64,000 nucleotides of DNA, taken from NCBI RefSeq assembly GCF_000315625.1, contig NW_005434652.1, positions 634,091 to 698,090 on the forward strand. Reading direction: 5' to 3'. Below are positions 62,301 to 64,000 of the stretch, in pieces. Made by a program: the position numbers and the translations under genes. Numbering within the stretch: position 1 is the first letter of the stretch; each line of letters starts with the position of its first letter. The notes under the pieces were generated by a model, which was not told the DNA's origin, did not search any database, and was given only the letters and a program-made list of their open reading frames with translations. This stretch comes from Guillardia theta CCMP2712 (taxonomy: Eukaryota; Protista; Cryptophyta).

Positions 62301-63688
62301 CTACGGATCTCTCGGATTCCGCGTGGAGTTTGATCCTCCCTCCATCAGCGGCGCGAAGCCTCTCTCCGGTTTCATCCTCGAGGTTGACCGTTGCTCGGAC
62401 TCTTCTTGTCTTCCTAAGACACAGCACGTGCATCCCAACTTTGCCACTCCCAAGCAGCTCGGATCCGACTATCAGCTTGGGGGAGGTCGCGGGGAAGAGG
62501 TTCTTGTCAAGTACAACCAGAGCTCTTCTACGTCATTCGCTCTCACGCTCAATCTGATTCCCAGCAGGCAAATGCTCGCTGGCGACATGCTTGTGCTGCC
62601 GCTGCCCAAGTTTACAGCAGATTTAAGGCTGAAATCATCGTACACATGCGCGTTAGCTGAACAGAGTCCTTTCTCGTTGGAGGTTCTTCCGCAAGAGTCT
62701 TTGCTTCAGCTCACAGTGAAGGAGGGTAGAGAACTGATCATGTACGCCCCGCTCGATGTTGTCGTTCCTGACAACTGCAACATCTCGCTCGAAATTCCTT
62801 ACGGTCAACAGTCCTCAAAGATTTGTTCCGGGATGAACTACTCTCGTTCTTTCTGCTTGTCCATCTTCTCTCTCGGAGGCCTCCGGTGCTGTGATTGGGA
62901 CGCCACACAGCAAACTTGCCAGGCCAATGCACTTGTAGACATCTGCCTGCCCTCTGCAGTTCCTGACTCCATCTTGCAAGATGGTTTTGTATCCACCAAC
63001 GCAAGTCAGATAGGCACTTTCTTGTATCCAAATGTTTTGCAAGGAGTCTTCGTGGGCAACTCATTGCAAACTGATACCTGCTTCTCAAACAGCACCACCT
63101 ATCAGTCTTGTTTGTCAGAAGATACCTTCATCCTGCCCAAGATAGAAGACGCAAGCCCGTCGGATCTGTTCTGGAGCGGTCCCCTCCGAGTTGGATCGAC
63201 AACGAGCTCAGCCCAACTCAACGCTGGCTGTGAATCGCTGACGTCATCGTCTAACCCGTGCATCCTGACCGTCGGTACTGATCGCTCCTTCCTCCTTGTC
63301 GCGACCAACGCTTCCTCCAACTCGTCGTCAACCTTGGGGATGAGGATGAAGGGCATCAGACGCCAGGCGATCAACGCTGGTGACGTCCTCTTCCTTCAGT
63401 TCCCCGCTCTCTCGACCAGCTCCCAGCTTTCCATTTCCACTTCTAGAGTTTCTGTGGACACGGAAAGTTTCGAATGGCCTTCTACTTTCAACTCGTCCGA
63501 TCTGTCTCTCACTATCGTCGCTCAGAATGCAATTCCAGCGGAGAAAACTTTGATTTTTGAGGTTTCCGTGCAATGACTCAACAGAGATACCTGACGGCAT
63601 ACGAGCAGGTCACAAACGTCGTGCTGTTGCAGCCTTACTCATCGTTGACTGTCAAATGTGAAGTATTCAGCAGGTCTGTTCCTTACTG

Positions 63689-63723
<35 letters not shown>

Positions 63724-64000
63724 CGCTCCCCCTCCCTCCCTCCCTCCCTCCCTCCTGTCATTCCATTCTTCTTCCCAACCATAGGACATCATGTCCTCTT
63801 TTGACACTCTCCATTTTCCCTCTACCCGACAAGCTTCTGTTGCCTCCACTCGTTGCGCTTCTGTCTCTGATGTCTCGAGTGCAGGAAGAAAACCACCGTC
63901 CTCTTCCATCAGGGCAGCAGATACTCAAACTTCACCTCGCAGACTGGCAGTCCGTTGCAAGGGTACCAAGAGTTTCCGGGGGGCGTCAACTTCATCTTGG
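59343..64000 (+). CDS. Large secreted/cell-surface Cys-rich protein with fibronectin type III-like domain (continues beyond window)
   Basis: Signal peptide MRKLALTCIVVILAA and a Cys-rich region to ~60380. An intron at ~60382-60442 joins the long ORF to 63576. FN3-like PDSPSNFKV....GFRVEFDPP...G.PLSGFILEV, many N-glycosylation sequons. Confidence 0.8.

Overview
This is a gene-dense, intron-rich eukaryotic nuclear region with about 45-60 nt GT-AG introns, CTGAC-type branch points, many microsatellites and two N gaps. Bipartite signal/transit peptides and the intron style suggest an alga with a complex plastid, probably a cryptophyte such as Guillardia (inference). It holds about 19 multi-exon genes, including eEF3, an EGF-repeat protein, a papain-like protease with EF-hands, an EF-hand protein, CDK5RAP3/C53, an OGT-like GT41, an SK-type K+ channel, PrmA, a MATH-UBL-U-box protein, a Zn2Cys6 transcription factor, an alpha-carbonic anhydrase-like protein, a DUF1279-like protein, a CDK-like kinase, TTC38 and a large secreted Cys-rich/FN3 protein. 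There are two mobile-element loci: a 5 kb scrambled mosaic of a CRE-like RLE non-LTR retrotransposon (9.9-15.1 kb), and a young non-autonomous copia-type LTR element inside a 23-bp satellite (56.6-58.1 kb). The most notable leads are an eEF3 with a hidden spliced signal peptide plus an LRGG-ending leader (possible periplastidial targeting), a USP7-like scaffold whose DUB domain is absent and which carries a U-box, and the satellite-embedded LTR element. Exon boundaries were read by eye and are approximate unless stated. Family calls rest on recalled motifs, not database searches.
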